A stretch of DNA of 64,000 nt, from the NCBI GenBank assembly GCA_964016885.1, contig OZ024742.1, positions 39,184,001 to 39,248,000 on the forward strand, in the 5' to 3' direction. This document shows positions 42,501 through 55,177 of this stretch, one piece after another; within the stretch, counting starts at the first letter, position 1, and each line of letters starts with the position of its first letter. The notes beneath the pieces were generated by a model. It was given only the letters and a program-made list of their open reading frames with translations. It had not been told where the DNA came from and ran no database searches. Source of the stretch: Eledone cirrhosa. Its lineage: Eukaryota. The translations under genes were made by a program, and so were the position numbers.

Positions 42501-42506
<6 letters not shown>
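42227..42506 (+). repeat. Inverted partial copy of the 588-bp unit, ending in (AT)n
   Basis: Reverse complement of ~41891-42170. Confidence 0.92.
42344..42431 (+). ncRNA. Hammerhead ribozyme (U3-A8 core) in the inverted copy
   Basis: TCCTC (42344), TTGATAA (42349), GAAA (42413), CTACGTAG, TC, GAGGA (to 42431). Confidence 0.8.
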
Positions 42507-42588
<82 letters not shown>

Positions 42589-42665
42589 TCGGATCTAGCA
42601 GTCAGAACGGACGGAACTCAGCCGTATACAAGCACACACACACACACACATATATATATGTATAA

Positions 42666-42717
<52 letters not shown>

Positions 42718-43784
42718 ATTTATACATATATATGTGTGTGTGTGCTTGTATACATACATATATGTATATATAATTATATCTGTATATATATTAAATATAT
42801 ATGCATGTATAAGTATACACAAACACACACACACACACACACAGATATATATATATATATATACATACACATATGTATGTATGTATCTAATTTATAAAAC
42901 GTGAGCCCTCTTATAAGCAATTTGGCTGAACCCGAGAAGGCGCTGAATTACCGTCTGTTGCGACAAATTCTGTTGTCCATGGAGCAAGACAATTGTCAAA
43001 TACTTCAATATCTCTAAATGTCAGATGTTAGGTAGTCGTCAGTAAGTAATATGTGTAAAGAAAGTTCCTTGTTGTTCAACCCTAGGTGAGCTCATACTGA
43101 TCAGATCTATGATGGAAGGCATTCCAGTCTTTTCAGACGGTGAAGTTGTGTGACTAAATGGTTAGGGTGTTCGATTCCCTGCTGTGTTGTGACCTTGAGT
43201 AACACACTTTATTTCATGCTGCTAGAAAAAAAGGAGTTTTACCTGTAATTCAAAAAGCCAGGCTTGTCGCACACTAAATCTCACTAAGGGCATACGAGTC
43301 TATGGAATGCACAGCCACTTGCATTTTGATTTAACGAGCAGCGTGTTCCGTTGTTTGAAAAACTGGAATCCTCATTGTTGTAATTGACGGAGTTTCAATA
43401 ACTCATATATAAGAGTAACGTGACCATTGCTTAATTAAGAGAGTGGTGATTGTGATTTGAAGGAGATATTTTGAGAAGGTCTAGAGATCATATAGAGACT
43501 GTCTGGTTGGCTCGGTATGGAGTGGCAAGTATTTAGTCAGCAGATATGGTCAATACAGTGCTAGTGGATATTATTGTATTGAAATTTTTCAAAAGACATA
43601 TACTAACTCAGATTATATGAGTTCCTTCCCTTGCTTACTTCTCAAAACCAAACTATTTTAAAGGGAGTTTTAGTCATACAAGTTTTGCGCAGATAGTATT
43701 TGCTGATTAAAGGTTTTTCCTCCACTCATCATATTCAGGCTTAGAGTCTCTATTTCCCTCTGTATATATATATATATATATATA

Positions 43785-44105
43785 AGGTGCATGGCTTAGT
43801 TGTTAGAGCGTCGGGCTTACAACCGTGAGGTTGTGAGTTCGATTCTCGGACCGGGCTTTGCGGTGTGTCCTTGAGCAAGACACTTTATTTGATGTTGCTC
43901 CAGTCTACTCAACTGTAGAAATGAGTTGCGACGACACTAGTGCCAAGCCTTTGCCTTTCCTTTGGACAACATCGGTGGTGTGGAGGGGGGAGACTGGTAT
44001 GCATGGGCGACTGCTGGTCTTCCACAAACAACCTTGCGCGGACTTGTGTCTCGGAGGAGAACTTTCTAGGTACAAATCCCATGGTCATTCGCGACCGACG
44101 AGTGT
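43785..44105 (+). mobile_element. tRNA-derived SINE family B, full-length
   Basis: A box TGGCTTAGTTG, B box GAGTTCGATTC, body gtgtccttgagcaagacactttattt. Relatives near 22330-22570, 43140-43400, 46310-46610 and 47740-47975. Confidence 0.8.
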
Positions 44106-44571
44106 CTTTACTTATATATAATTACAATATGAAAATATAAACTTAAAAAGCAACCAAATGTATGTATATTTATCACTTCACTTGTACCATTGTTAGCGAA
44201 ACATACTGAGAAGAATAAAAGGCTTTCATCTATAACTTTGGTATTAAATTCAACACACACACACACACATACACACGCACACACACACACATACGATTTT
44301 TTATATTCTCAATTCAAATTACGCCGTGATTAGCTTTACCTTTTACTGCTCTGGAATCGATAAATTAATATACCAGTCAAGTACTAAGAATCCATTTAAT
44401 CGTCTTCCTCAACCCAGTAAAAATTACTGACCTTGTGCTTAAATTAGAAATCATTTATAGACATGTGTCTTGTTTATATTCTGTTGAGTGTATTATAGCC
44501 ATCACACGCAAACAAGTATAGCTTGATAATATGTAGCATGCTTTCGTTAATGGTTCTGGCTGCCCATGTAG

Positions 44572-44766
44572 CAGACCTGTCAACTGCTCCTGTCCGACGG
44601 GGAGATCTCCCACCCACTTTGGAGTGGATGACAGATGTCTTTTCTTGTGAAAATGGGTAAAGCTTTCATTATGTAAAATCTCCCCATTTTGCCTCATTTC
44701 TCCTCGTTTTAAGGCACTTTTTTTCATGGTACTCCCCGTTTAGGTTTTTCGAGGTTGGCAGGTCTG
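44572..44766. mobile_element. MITE, TIR CAGACCTG(T/C)CAAC, apparent 6-bp TSD ATGTAG
   Basis: atgtag|CAGACCTGTCAAC ... GTTGGCAGGTCTG|atgtag. Confidence 0.75.
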
Positions 44767-45111
44767 ATGTAGTCAGGCACAGGCACAGATTCCCTTTCCT
44801 TTGATCCAGTGCAACATATAAGATGTGACATTTGGAAAGAAAGAAGGCTGGAGTAGCACTGGGTTGGTACGTACTTTTCTACTTTTTGACTCAGAAATGA
44901 TGTAAGGCAAAGTAAACCTCGGTCAACGTGTACATATTTTGTGTGTATTTTCCATCTGTTTCCATAATTCGTTAAGAATCTTTAACCCTGTTTGTAACCA
45001 CTATTTCTAATGAAATACACTCTATTTGAAATTAATTAAAAACTTTGTATATTTCTAATATGGGTGGAAACTGCGCTTTGTTCTCCGTTCCTTTTTCCGG
45101 TCAGTTTACCG

Positions 45112-46282
45112 CAGAGGTTCTCAAGTGGGCGTTACTACCCCCGGGAGCGTTGAGAAAGTCCAGGGTAGCGCTAGGGCCTAAGGGAGCGGGGGGGGGATAG
45201 AGATGATATAATAGCATATTAAATATCAAATGATACATATAATATATAATTATAGTAAAATAAAAAAATATATTTATTTATACATAGTATATATTAAGAG
45301 AGTATTGAAGTTTGGTTGAATCACTGTGGAATAATAACATTTTTTTGTCGTTTTGGAAGCCTCAACAATGCAGATGGGTAAATCTCCGGGTAACAGAATC
45401 CGGTGGTGAAGAGAGAGATGTAAGGGAGTGTAGAATGAGATGTATAGTGTGTAGAGGAACGTAGAGGAACGTAGGAAAGAGCGTAACAAATAAAAATAAT
45501 AACATGAGATAGAGTTACCTTGGGAGAGATTTAATTGTCCCTATATTTCGGATTCGCATCCATCACAGGGGGATTTTCAGGGGGGGGGGGTATCTGTCGA
45601 AGAGGGACGGTACGTGGCCTCTGTTGTCCGCTGTTTGTGTGTAACTGAGGTATTCTGTAGAGCGCATGTGCGCGCGGAATAGGTGCGGTCAAGCAAAGGT
45701 CAAAGCAGCTCTTTTTTATTGTGGGAGTGGGATGGCGTTAGCTGTCAATCCATTGTACTACCTATATGTACTGGTCTTTGGTACTAGCAGTGTTGTAGTC
45801 TGTCTGGTCGCTTGTTGGTCAGTTACACACAAACAGCGGACAACAGAGGCCACGTACCGTTCCTCTCCGACAGATAACTTTTCCCCCGGAAAACCCCCCA
45901 GTTGATGGATGCGAATCCGAAATATAGGGACAATTAAATCTCTCCCAAGGTAACTCTATCTCATGTTATTATTTTTATTTTTTACGCTCTTTCCTACGTT
46001 TCTCTACACACTATACATCTCATTCTACATTTCCTTACATCTCTCTCTTCACCACCCGATTCTGTTACCCGGAGAATTACCCATCTGCATTGTTGAGGCT
46101 TCCAAAACGACAAAAAATTTTTTTTTATAGTATATATTATATTATTTATTATATATAAATTAACGATTATATATATATATATATTAATTACAATAGGCAG
46201 GTCTCTCTGGAAATAGGGTTGGGGCGCTGGGGGTATTACGTAGCCGTGAGGGGGTGGTGGCCCAAAAGGTTGAGTACCTCTG
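45112..46282. mobile_element. hAT (Charlie-like) MITE with 8-bp TSD GTTTACCG and a nested foldback insertion
   Basis: gtttaccg|CAGAGGTTCTCAA ... TTGAGTACCTCTG|gtttaccg. Confidence 0.85.
45341..46116. repeat. ~300-bp inverted repeat (45341-45648 vs 45819-46116) nested in the hAT MITE
   Basis: Arms are reverse complements with AT-rich/TA flanks. Degenerate minimal hammerhead-like motif at ~45894-45929. Confidence 0.88.
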
Positions 46283-46695
46283 GTTTACCGCATACTGTTG
46301 GACCTCCGTCAGTTCTGATGATGGATCTTTCAGTTGTTCGAACAGCGGATCACCCTATTCGTAAAATTAACGTATAAGTGGCTGGGCATTCCACAATCAC
46401 ATGCACCCTTAACGTGATCTCGGGGAAATTCAGGGAGACACAATGTGTGACGCGCTGGCTCTTTGAATTACACGCACAATTCAGTATTGACAGCTGAGTG
46501 GACTGAAGCAACGTTAAATAAAGTGTCCTGCTCAAGGATACAACACACCTGTGGTGACGGACATCGAACTCATGACCTTATAATCGTGAGCTCAGCACTC
46601 TAACCACTAAGGGAGAGAAAGGTAGTAAGTCGAGAGAATGCCTGTGTCAGCTCGCGTCTGTATGGGCACCTAAAACCCTTAACAGCATCATAGTA

Positions 46696-46889
46696 TAAAC
46701 CTATCAACTCTCCTCATCCGACGGGGAGATCTTCCACCCACTTTGGGATGGGTGAGAGATGTCTTCTCTTGTAAAAATGGGTCTAGTTTTCATTATGTAA
46801 AATCTCGCCATTTTACCTCATTTCTCTTCGTTTTGGGGCACCTTTTATCATGATAACCCCCTTTTGGTTTTTAGAGGTTGGCAGGTCTG
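46696..46889. mobile_element. MITE, same family as 44572-44766
   Basis: Internal homology. Right TIR GTTGGCAGGTCTG; flanks ATAGTA and ATAGCA. Confidence 0.65.
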
Positions 46890-48499
46890 ATAGCACATAT
46901 TACGAAGTCATACTCGATTACAAGTGACGGATGTAGTTTAGTCTTTATGTAATATATCAACTATACGGTTGAGACAATATACGTTGTTATAAGAGCAGAG
47001 AAGCTGAGGACACCCAATTAGGTGGAAATATCTACCATGTGGTTGTTAGACTCATATATAATCTCTAATTTTTAAAGTGGTTAGATTTAATTATAGTTTT
47101 TTAAAAAAGAATCTTTATAAAAACACGTCATTAATATCTGTTTCGGGTCTGGAGAAAAATATAACTATTATATAGTGGAGGTAAACTATTTGTTTACATG
47201 TTCCATATATCTTTTTCTACCATTGCAATTTTTTTTCTATTTTTGTAAAGCTTCTTAGGGAACAGGACTATTGATTACCATTCGACTCTCTAGGGTGGAA
47301 TATTTCAAGTAGGGCGTTTATCTCATCATTCTAAAAAACTATTTCATGGAAGAAAATGCATAAAAGGTTTAGTCGGTGTCAGATATTAGGAGCAAAAGTT
47401 AAAATAAAATAAAATATAATAAGTATCTAAAAGATTTGAATGTATTACTAAGTTGTGAAAGAATATAAATTTCAGCCTTTTAAAAAAAATTAATCGAATT
47501 TTCATCGATTTTTCTATCACAATACGCTCAGTGTGAGTATATCTTTCTATATGTAGTGCATGTCTCTCTCTCTCTCCCTCTCTCTATCTATCTATCTGTA
47601 CATCTTCGTCTTCCCCTCTCCCTCTTTGTATGTCACACCCTATCTATACATCTTCTCTCTCTCTCTCTTCCCCCTCTTTCTGTACGTATTTCCTACTCTC
47701 TCTGCAGCTCTCTCATTCTCTCCCTCCTTCTCTTTGTGCTAACTTGCAAGTGGTTGAACTTTCTACAGATATGTGTACTCCTAACATAAATCTCAGGGAG
47801 AGACAGCGTGGTATATTATGTTACGAAGCTAGTCTATTGAAATATACGTACAACTTGTTTTTATTTTCCAGCTGAGTTGATTAGAGCAACATAAAATGAG
47901 AGACAACATAAAGACCGGTCTGGATATCAAACTCACAACCATGATGCCAACACATTAACAACTAAGCCACGTGTCTTCACAAGAAGGCATTAATAAACCA
48001 AAGTATTAAGTTTATCTCTGTAAAATAACATCGTTACTCTGACTGTTCACCGATATATCACATCATATTTCAATATCTGCTAAGTTCTGGATACTTCAAT
48101 AAAATCGGTATTTGGTTTAGGTTTTAAACATTTAAGATGAAAAACGAATCTTCCCTGGACAAGAAAACGATCTCTGTGGGTTAATATTTCCAGACGAATC
48201 AGCTCCTAGTCCTGAGATGTAAACGAATAGGGTCATGCAAAATTAACTATACTGTGAACAAATACATAAATACTAAATTAAACTCTGCAAACAGATTTTA
48301 ACTAAATGTATGTATATATGTATGGTCTAGTAACTCCCGATAGAGTCGTAGGGGCACCATATGGACATACGGCGTTTCTTTGGCATTTTAAGCCTGGCGA
48401 GACCCATCCCTCTCCAGGCCTGAGTAGAGCAGATTTCTCCGAGAGAAAGATAGAAAGTGAGAGAGAGGAAAATGAAAAAGAGATATAGAGGAAGAATCA

Positions 48500-48652
48500 A
48501 ACCTAGTATTAGACTGGTACCTTTTTATCGACCCCGAAAGGATGAAAAACAAAGTTGACCTCAGCGGGATTTGAACTCAGAGAGCAGAGAGCCAAATCGA
48601 ATACTGCAAAGCCTTTTATCCGACGTTCTAACGACTCTGCCAATTCGCCGCC
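48500..48652 (-). mobile_element. Diverged SINE family A copy
   Basis: ctggtacctttttatcgaccccgaaaggatgaaa...gatttgaactcag. Confidence 0.7.
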
Positions 48653-49179
48653 TATTGAACTCAATATTTATCAGTTAAAGTCGAAAACCCTTATTCACGC
48701 AGCCGTTTTACGTTTAACTAAGAAAAAAAAAACAAGCCCAGAAAGAAAACGGTCAACAGCCACGTCAAAATGTTTACACATGCGACATACAAAATACTTT
48801 ACTATTTGAAGAATTGCTTTCTTATAATTTCTTGTTGTAGACTTGTTTTCCGTTTGTAAACCATTCTGTTTCTATTTTAAGGTTTGAGTTTATTAAACAC
48901 GTGTGTGGTGTCTGCCGAACAGACGTCTTTAACCATTCTCTTGGGAGACTTCCAGTGAAGAAGTATCTGTATCCAGTTTATTTTCTTTAATTGTCTTAAT
49001 TGTTTTCCCTTAAGCTGTTTTTCTTTTATTTTAATATATTCTGCCACTGTCGTTATATCGTTGAAGGGTATTCTATTTTGTGATATCATCGTCTGCATGT
49101 ATTTGGTTTCTTAATTTTAGTAACTTTTAATAGACAATAGATATCATGACATAACAAACTATATCTACAGCAAAGAATG

Positions 49180-49222
49180 CCGTTGTTGCTGTTGTTGCTG
49201 CTGCTGCTGGTGGTGATGATAA

Positions 49223-49254
<32 letters not shown>

Positions 49255-49625
49255 ATGATGATGATGATGATGATGGTGGTGTTGGTGGTTTCTTAGAGAG
49301 AACAGAACAGAAAAAAAAGCCACACATTATATTTCTAAGGATAGGGAAGGAGGTTATGTGACGTACATAGTATTCTAAAACATATTGACGGAATAAAGAT
49401 AAAGAATAAGAAATAGTGATGGTGATGATGGTGATGGTGATGATGGTGATGATAACTACGAAGATAGTGATGGTGATGATGATGATGATGATGATGATAA
49501 TGACGATAACTACGAAGATGGTGATGGTGATGATGATGACGATGATGATAACTACGAAGATGGTGATGGTGATGATGATGATGCTGATGATGATGATAAT
49601 CATAATGACGATCATCATCATGATA
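49180..49625. repeat. (GCT)n/(GAT)n trinucleotide tracts with internal duplications
   Basis: Directly visible. Confidence 0.9.
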
Positions 49626-50061
49626 AACATCTCTTACATTATGACAAGGCCACACATTATCACAAACCCTTTACAAAAGTTGTGCTGCTTTTATCAACAT
49701 TGAAGCAAAGAGAAGCAAAGTAAGACCCTGTGGGACTTGAACTCCGTTAGTAAGAGGGCGTAACTAAATACTATATTGTATACACAGCTATCAGACAATG
49801 TCCCGTACTCGGGGTATGTGGGGATTGGTGTTTATTGTGTGATACAGGCTTAAAATAAACCCCAAGGTTTTCTCCCTGTTATTGTATCCTAATGTTTGCA
49901 TATGTTGCCCTTGTGGTTAACATTCAATTGATATCTGCCTTATTTTTTCTTCTTTCCCTTTTATTTCCCACTTGCTGTAAACACCTCCTATACTTTACAA
50001 TACCTCTAACATCTTGTGCCAAACAAAACAGCCGCTTATTGTTATTATTATTATTATTAAG

Positions 50062-50360
50062 AGGCGGTGGATTGGCAGTATCAGTAGAAGGCCGGACGCC
50101 ATGCTTTGTAGCATAGAGTTATGGCCCTTTATGATCTGATTTCAAATCCCACCGAGGTTAACTTTGCCTTTCATCCTTACGGGGTCGATAAAATAAAGTA
50201 CCAGTAATGCACTGGTATAATTGCTGGCCTTGTGCCAAAAATGGAAACAATTATTATAAAAAATAAAGTACCAGTCACGCACTGGGGTCGATTTAATCGA
50301 CTTTCCCCATCTCCAAAATTGCTGGCCTTGTGCCTATATAAGAAACCATTATTATTATTA
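50062..50360 (+). mobile_element. SINE family A copy with duplicated 3' part
   Basis: Head and core, then a second aaataaagtaccag...tgctggccttgtgcc segment. Confidence 0.82.
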
Positions 50361-50362
50361 AT

Positions 50363-50434
<72 letters not shown>

Positions 50435-50805
50435 CTTCTTCTTCTTCTTCTTCTTCTTCTTCTTCTTCTTCTTCTTGGTACAGATGCTGTTGCTATTGTT
50501 GTGTTATGTTGTTGTTGTTGCTGGTGTTGTCGCAGTTGTTGTTATTGTTGTCGTTGTGGTCGTTGTTGTTGTCGCTGTTGTTGTTACTGATGCTGTTGTT
50601 GTTGTTAGTAGTGGTCGCCATTGCTGTCAACGTGTTCTTTTGTTATTGTGTTATTTTTAAAAAATCCACAATTTTTCGCATAACTGTTGTTTAAAATATA
50701 TTTAGTCTGTATGGAAAACCAGATCATAATAAATATTCAAATATGACTGCTGTCAGGGAAAAAAACGATAGCACATACACACACACACACACACTTATAT
50801 ACACA

Positions 50806-50837
<32 letters not shown>

Positions 50838-50858
50838 TACAGACACACACACACACAT

Positions 50859-50899
<41 letters not shown>

Positions 50900-50910
50900 C
50901 ATATATACAC

Positions 50911-50943
<33 letters not shown>

Positions 50944-51425
50944 CACACACGCACACATACACACACACATACACACACACACGCGCGCGCACAGACACAC
51001 ACATACACCACATACACACACACACATACACATACACACGCACACATACATACACACGCACACATACACACACACACGCACGCACACATACATACACACA
51101 CACATACACATTCACACACACACACACGCATTCACCACGCATTCACGCACACATACACGCACACACGCACACACACACACACACACACGCATTCACACGC
51201 ATTCACGGGCACATACACACGCACATAAACACACAAATACGCACACAGACAACCCCACACACATACACACACACACACACACACACATACACACAATCAC
51301 ACACAAACACGCTTTCAGACACACACACACACACGCTTTCACGCACACATACACTTGCACACACTTACACACACATACACACGCATACATACACGCACCC
51401 CCACCCACCCACACACACCAGCACA
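50363..51425. repeat. (GTT)n, (CTT)n and long (CA)n microsatellites
   Basis: Directly visible. Confidence 0.95.
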
Positions 51426-51662
51426 CCATATTTTCTCGACGTCTTCTGAGGAATATAAACTGTTCTCTCCATATATTTTCAATATTTGATTTTTCATATC
51501 TTTATTTGTGAAACTATGGCTGTCAGACTTGGAGATATGTCTCTATAGTTTTGTACTTGTCTTCATTTCTTCTCTTCTTGTTTGGTAATCCCCCTAGACA
51601 CACGCACACATAGATACACGTATAGAAGACACAGACACGCACAGATACACAGACACACACAC

Positions 51663-51731
<69 letters not shown>

Positions 51732-51755
51732 TATGCGCGTGTGTGTGAGTGAGTT

Positions 51756-51799
<44 letters not shown>

Positions 51800-51800
51800 T

Positions 51801-51904
<104 letters not shown>

Positions 51905-52361
51905 CTCTGATTTTGCGATTCGTTTCGCTTTTTCTACCCGCCGAAATTCGATTCTCACTGAATTTATATATACAGTATATCTTTCTTTAGAGTCCGCTTT
52001 TTCCCTGCTTGCAAGGGTGGGACGGGAACTGATTCTGGCTTGATTTCTACAGCTGGATGCCCTTCCTAACACCAACCTCATTTACAGTGAGTGCTGGGTG
52101 CTTTTTTGCCGTAGCACCTCCACGTCCACTTTACAGTGGAATGATATGGACCCCAGTCCCTATCATCTCATTTCTACAGCTGAGTAAACTGGAGCAATGT
52201 TAAATAAAGTGTCTTGCTCAAGGAAACAACACATCACCCGATCTGAGAATTGAACTCACAACCTTTTGATTGCAAGGCCAATGCTCTAACCACTAAGCCA
52301 TATGCCATATATATATATTAATTCAAAGTATTAACAAAAATAGACATTCGTGTGATCAAGA

Positions 52362-52428
52362 TATTTTATTATACATATTTCAGAGGTACTGAGCTATCTT
52401 CAACAGTACGTCCTCATCAGATAAAATA
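52362..52428 (-). ncRNA. Type I minimal hammerhead ribozyme (inverted copy)
   Basis: Reverse complement of 52512-52578. Confidence 0.82.
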
Positions 52429-52511
52429 AGATGATGCATGACATACCCTGACATAGTAGATTGTTAATATTCAGTCATGGTAGTGAATGCAGGGTATGTC
52501 ATGCAACAGCT

Positions 52512-52578
52512 TATTTTATCTGATGAGGACGTACTGTTGAAGATAGCTCAGTACCTCTGAAATATGTATAATAAAATA
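52512..52578 (+). ncRNA. Type I minimal hammerhead ribozyme
   Basis: TATTTTAT-CTGATGA-GGACGTACTG...CAGTACCTCT-GAAA-TATGTA-TA-ATAAAATA. 8-bp stem I, AUA site. Confidence 0.85.
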
Positions 52579-52716
52579 TACTTGATCACACGAATGTCTA
52601 TTTTTGTTAATATTTTGATTTAATATTAACAACTCCGGAAAACCAAAACTGTTGAGTGCTTCCAATCTATTGTAAAACTCATTCTTTGATTTATTCATTG
52701 AACCTTGTTTAACCTT

Positions 52717-52781
<65 letters not shown>

Positions 52782-52783
52782 TT

Positions 52784-53621
52784 TACTTGATTTAGGAGCC
52801 GCAGAAACCCAAATACTGGATTTTACCAACCTTCCAGGAGTCCGGGTAAATTTTCAATACCCGAATTACTTGATCGTTTTTGGGGCTATGCGAATGATTG
52901 TTTAACCATCGTCTCAGTGTGTTTGGCCTTTAACGTTTGTTATAGCTCTGGTTCATCTGAACCATTGAGCACTTGCCTCACATCTCGGAGGTTGTTTTTC
53001 GTTATTTCGTGGGCCGAAATACGAATGTCGATAATATATGTTTGTATTTATCTCCAGACTCTAGCTATTGACCAGTTAATTTTCTTGATTTTTTAGTTGA
53101 TTCTATTGACTGATGAATAGCTTATGTTAATTTTAACCCTTCTGTTGAGAACTCTATTCGATTTGTGATGTTTTTGCATTCTTGCAAAAATATACACAAC
53201 TGAATTTATTCGCCTGATATAGGGGCTGCCTCCCTTGCCGATCCCCACGTGGAGTCAGCAATAGTCAGTCCTTGTATTAACATTGAACTAAAACCTGTTG
53301 AGAAAATGGCTTCCTTGTTCAATCATCTTACCAGAAGCCTGACATTATTTATGTAAGCGGACGGTACTTGATTTAGGAGCCGCAGAAACCCCAATACTGG
53401 ATTTTACCAACCTTCCAGGGCTCCGGATAAATTTTCAATACCCGAATTACTTGATCGTTTGTTTTGGCTATGCGAATGATTGTTTAACCATCGTCTCAGT
53501 GTGTTTGGCCTTTAACGTTTGTTATAGCTCTGGTTCATCTGAATCATTGAGCACTTGCCTCACATCTCGGAGGTTGTTTTTCGTTATTTCGTGGGCCGAA
53601 ATGCGAATCTCGATAATTTAT

Positions 53622-53625
<4 letters not shown>
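52784..53625. repeat. ~260-bp direct repeats (52784-53043 and 53366-53625; period ~582) between (TA)n tracts
   Basis: tacttgatttaggagccgcagaaaccc...cgataat.tatgttt occurs twice. Confidence 0.9.
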
Positions 53626-53683
<58 letters not shown>

Positions 53684-53818
53684 CTTCTTAATCTACCTAT
53701 CTCTGTTTTCGTATTTGAAAACGATTTACTCTGTCTCTCTTTCTCTCTCTCTCTCTCTTTTTCTTTCTCTCTCCCTCTCTCACTCTCCCCCTCTATCTAT
53801 CTATTTAACTATCTATTT

Positions 53819-55023
53819 CTCCTATGGTGAGGAGATCCATCTGCTGTCAACACCCTTCGAAAGGAGGGCTGGGGATGCCGTGGCTAATGATGCGTAAACA
53901 CGCATTAAGGCTACGGCACCTCTACGTATTCCTCACCGGACAACCGGTGTGGGCCTCGTTTGTGAGACGAACCTTTCCCAGACTCGTCTCACTCACCGAG
54001 CTGCAATCCTGGGTCAAGCAAAGACCGAGAAAACTGGGCGCCTGGCACACTGAGTGTGCCCAGGCGCTCACCGCCCTCTGGCAGGCGGATCCGGTTATCA
54101 GTGGAGACTCCACCGCAACATTCTATAGAGGGCTGGTACGCAGCAGGTGCGACGACGCCCTCGGAGAAGCCCTAGACATGGAGGAGGACGAACTGGCCAG
54201 CCTGTTCGGTAGGACATTCAGCCCGGGACCTATGGACAACTTCCAGAAGTCCCTGGCCTGGCAGTGCTACCGAGGGGCTTTACCCGTTCGAGAAAGGCTC
54301 TACAGACACGGGCGCCCGGGTAGGGACCCCGCCAAAAAGATCTGTCCCAGATGCGTGTGCGACGAGGAAACCGTTGCACACGCATTGGTACACTGCTCGG
54401 GCGTAGCCGATCTGTGGGGCTATGTCGAACAACTGCTGCCAAGGGTGGGACCGATCCGGTTGACCACCGAGTCTATTGTAATGATCAAGCCGCCTCCCCC
54501 CTTCAAAGATGAAGCAGAGGCGGTGTTTCTGTGCGTAATAGCCATGGCGAAAGAGGTTGTATGGTGGACGCGTCTGAAAGGACTGAGGTCAGGCACCTTT
54601 CTCTCTGGCCAACAACTGGTCCGTTTCTTCCGATATCATTTCGGAAGAAGGATCAGGATGGAGAGAGAGGTGCTGCACCCCAGTCGTTTTTATGAAAGGT
54701 GGGTGAAAGTGGCGAGAATGGCCCGTGTGAATGGGCCTTCTCTTTACATAAGCCTGTAGGTGGAAAAGAGGAAGGAACGAGGGAGCACCCCCTCTCTGTG
54801 CTCCTGAGGAAAAGGGTTGCACACTTTTTTCGGGGGTGTGTGCGACCCCCCAAGGCGCCTCCTCTCTATTGAGGATTTTGTTAAAAATTTTATTTTTTGT
54901 TATATCTTATTTTATTTTTATATTTTGTTATTGCCTCCTCCTTATTGAGGACGCCTTTTTGTATAAACTCCCCCCTTTGTACTTGTCCCACTTTTGATGC
55001 CCTAGTGGCAAATAAAAGAAACT
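53819..55023 (+). mobile_element. L1/Tx1 copy 4, 5'-truncated
   Basis: ORF2 C-terminus 53824..54759 is nearly identical to copy 6. CTAT repeats on the 5' side; AATAAA at 55011, then TATCTAT. Confidence 0.93.
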
Positions 55024-55089
55024 TATCTATTTATACACACACACACACAAAATATATACATATATTATATATACTGTATATATATACTC

Positions 55090-55161
<72 letters not shown>

Positions 55162-55177
55162 TCTCTCCCTATCTATC

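Larger units (their letters stand above)
52315..52720. mobile_element. Inverted Penelope-type pseudo-LTR pair (52315-52450 vs 52490-52626, plus tail) between (TA)n tracts
   Basis: Arms are reverse complements, each with an intact hammerhead. Confidence 0.85.
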
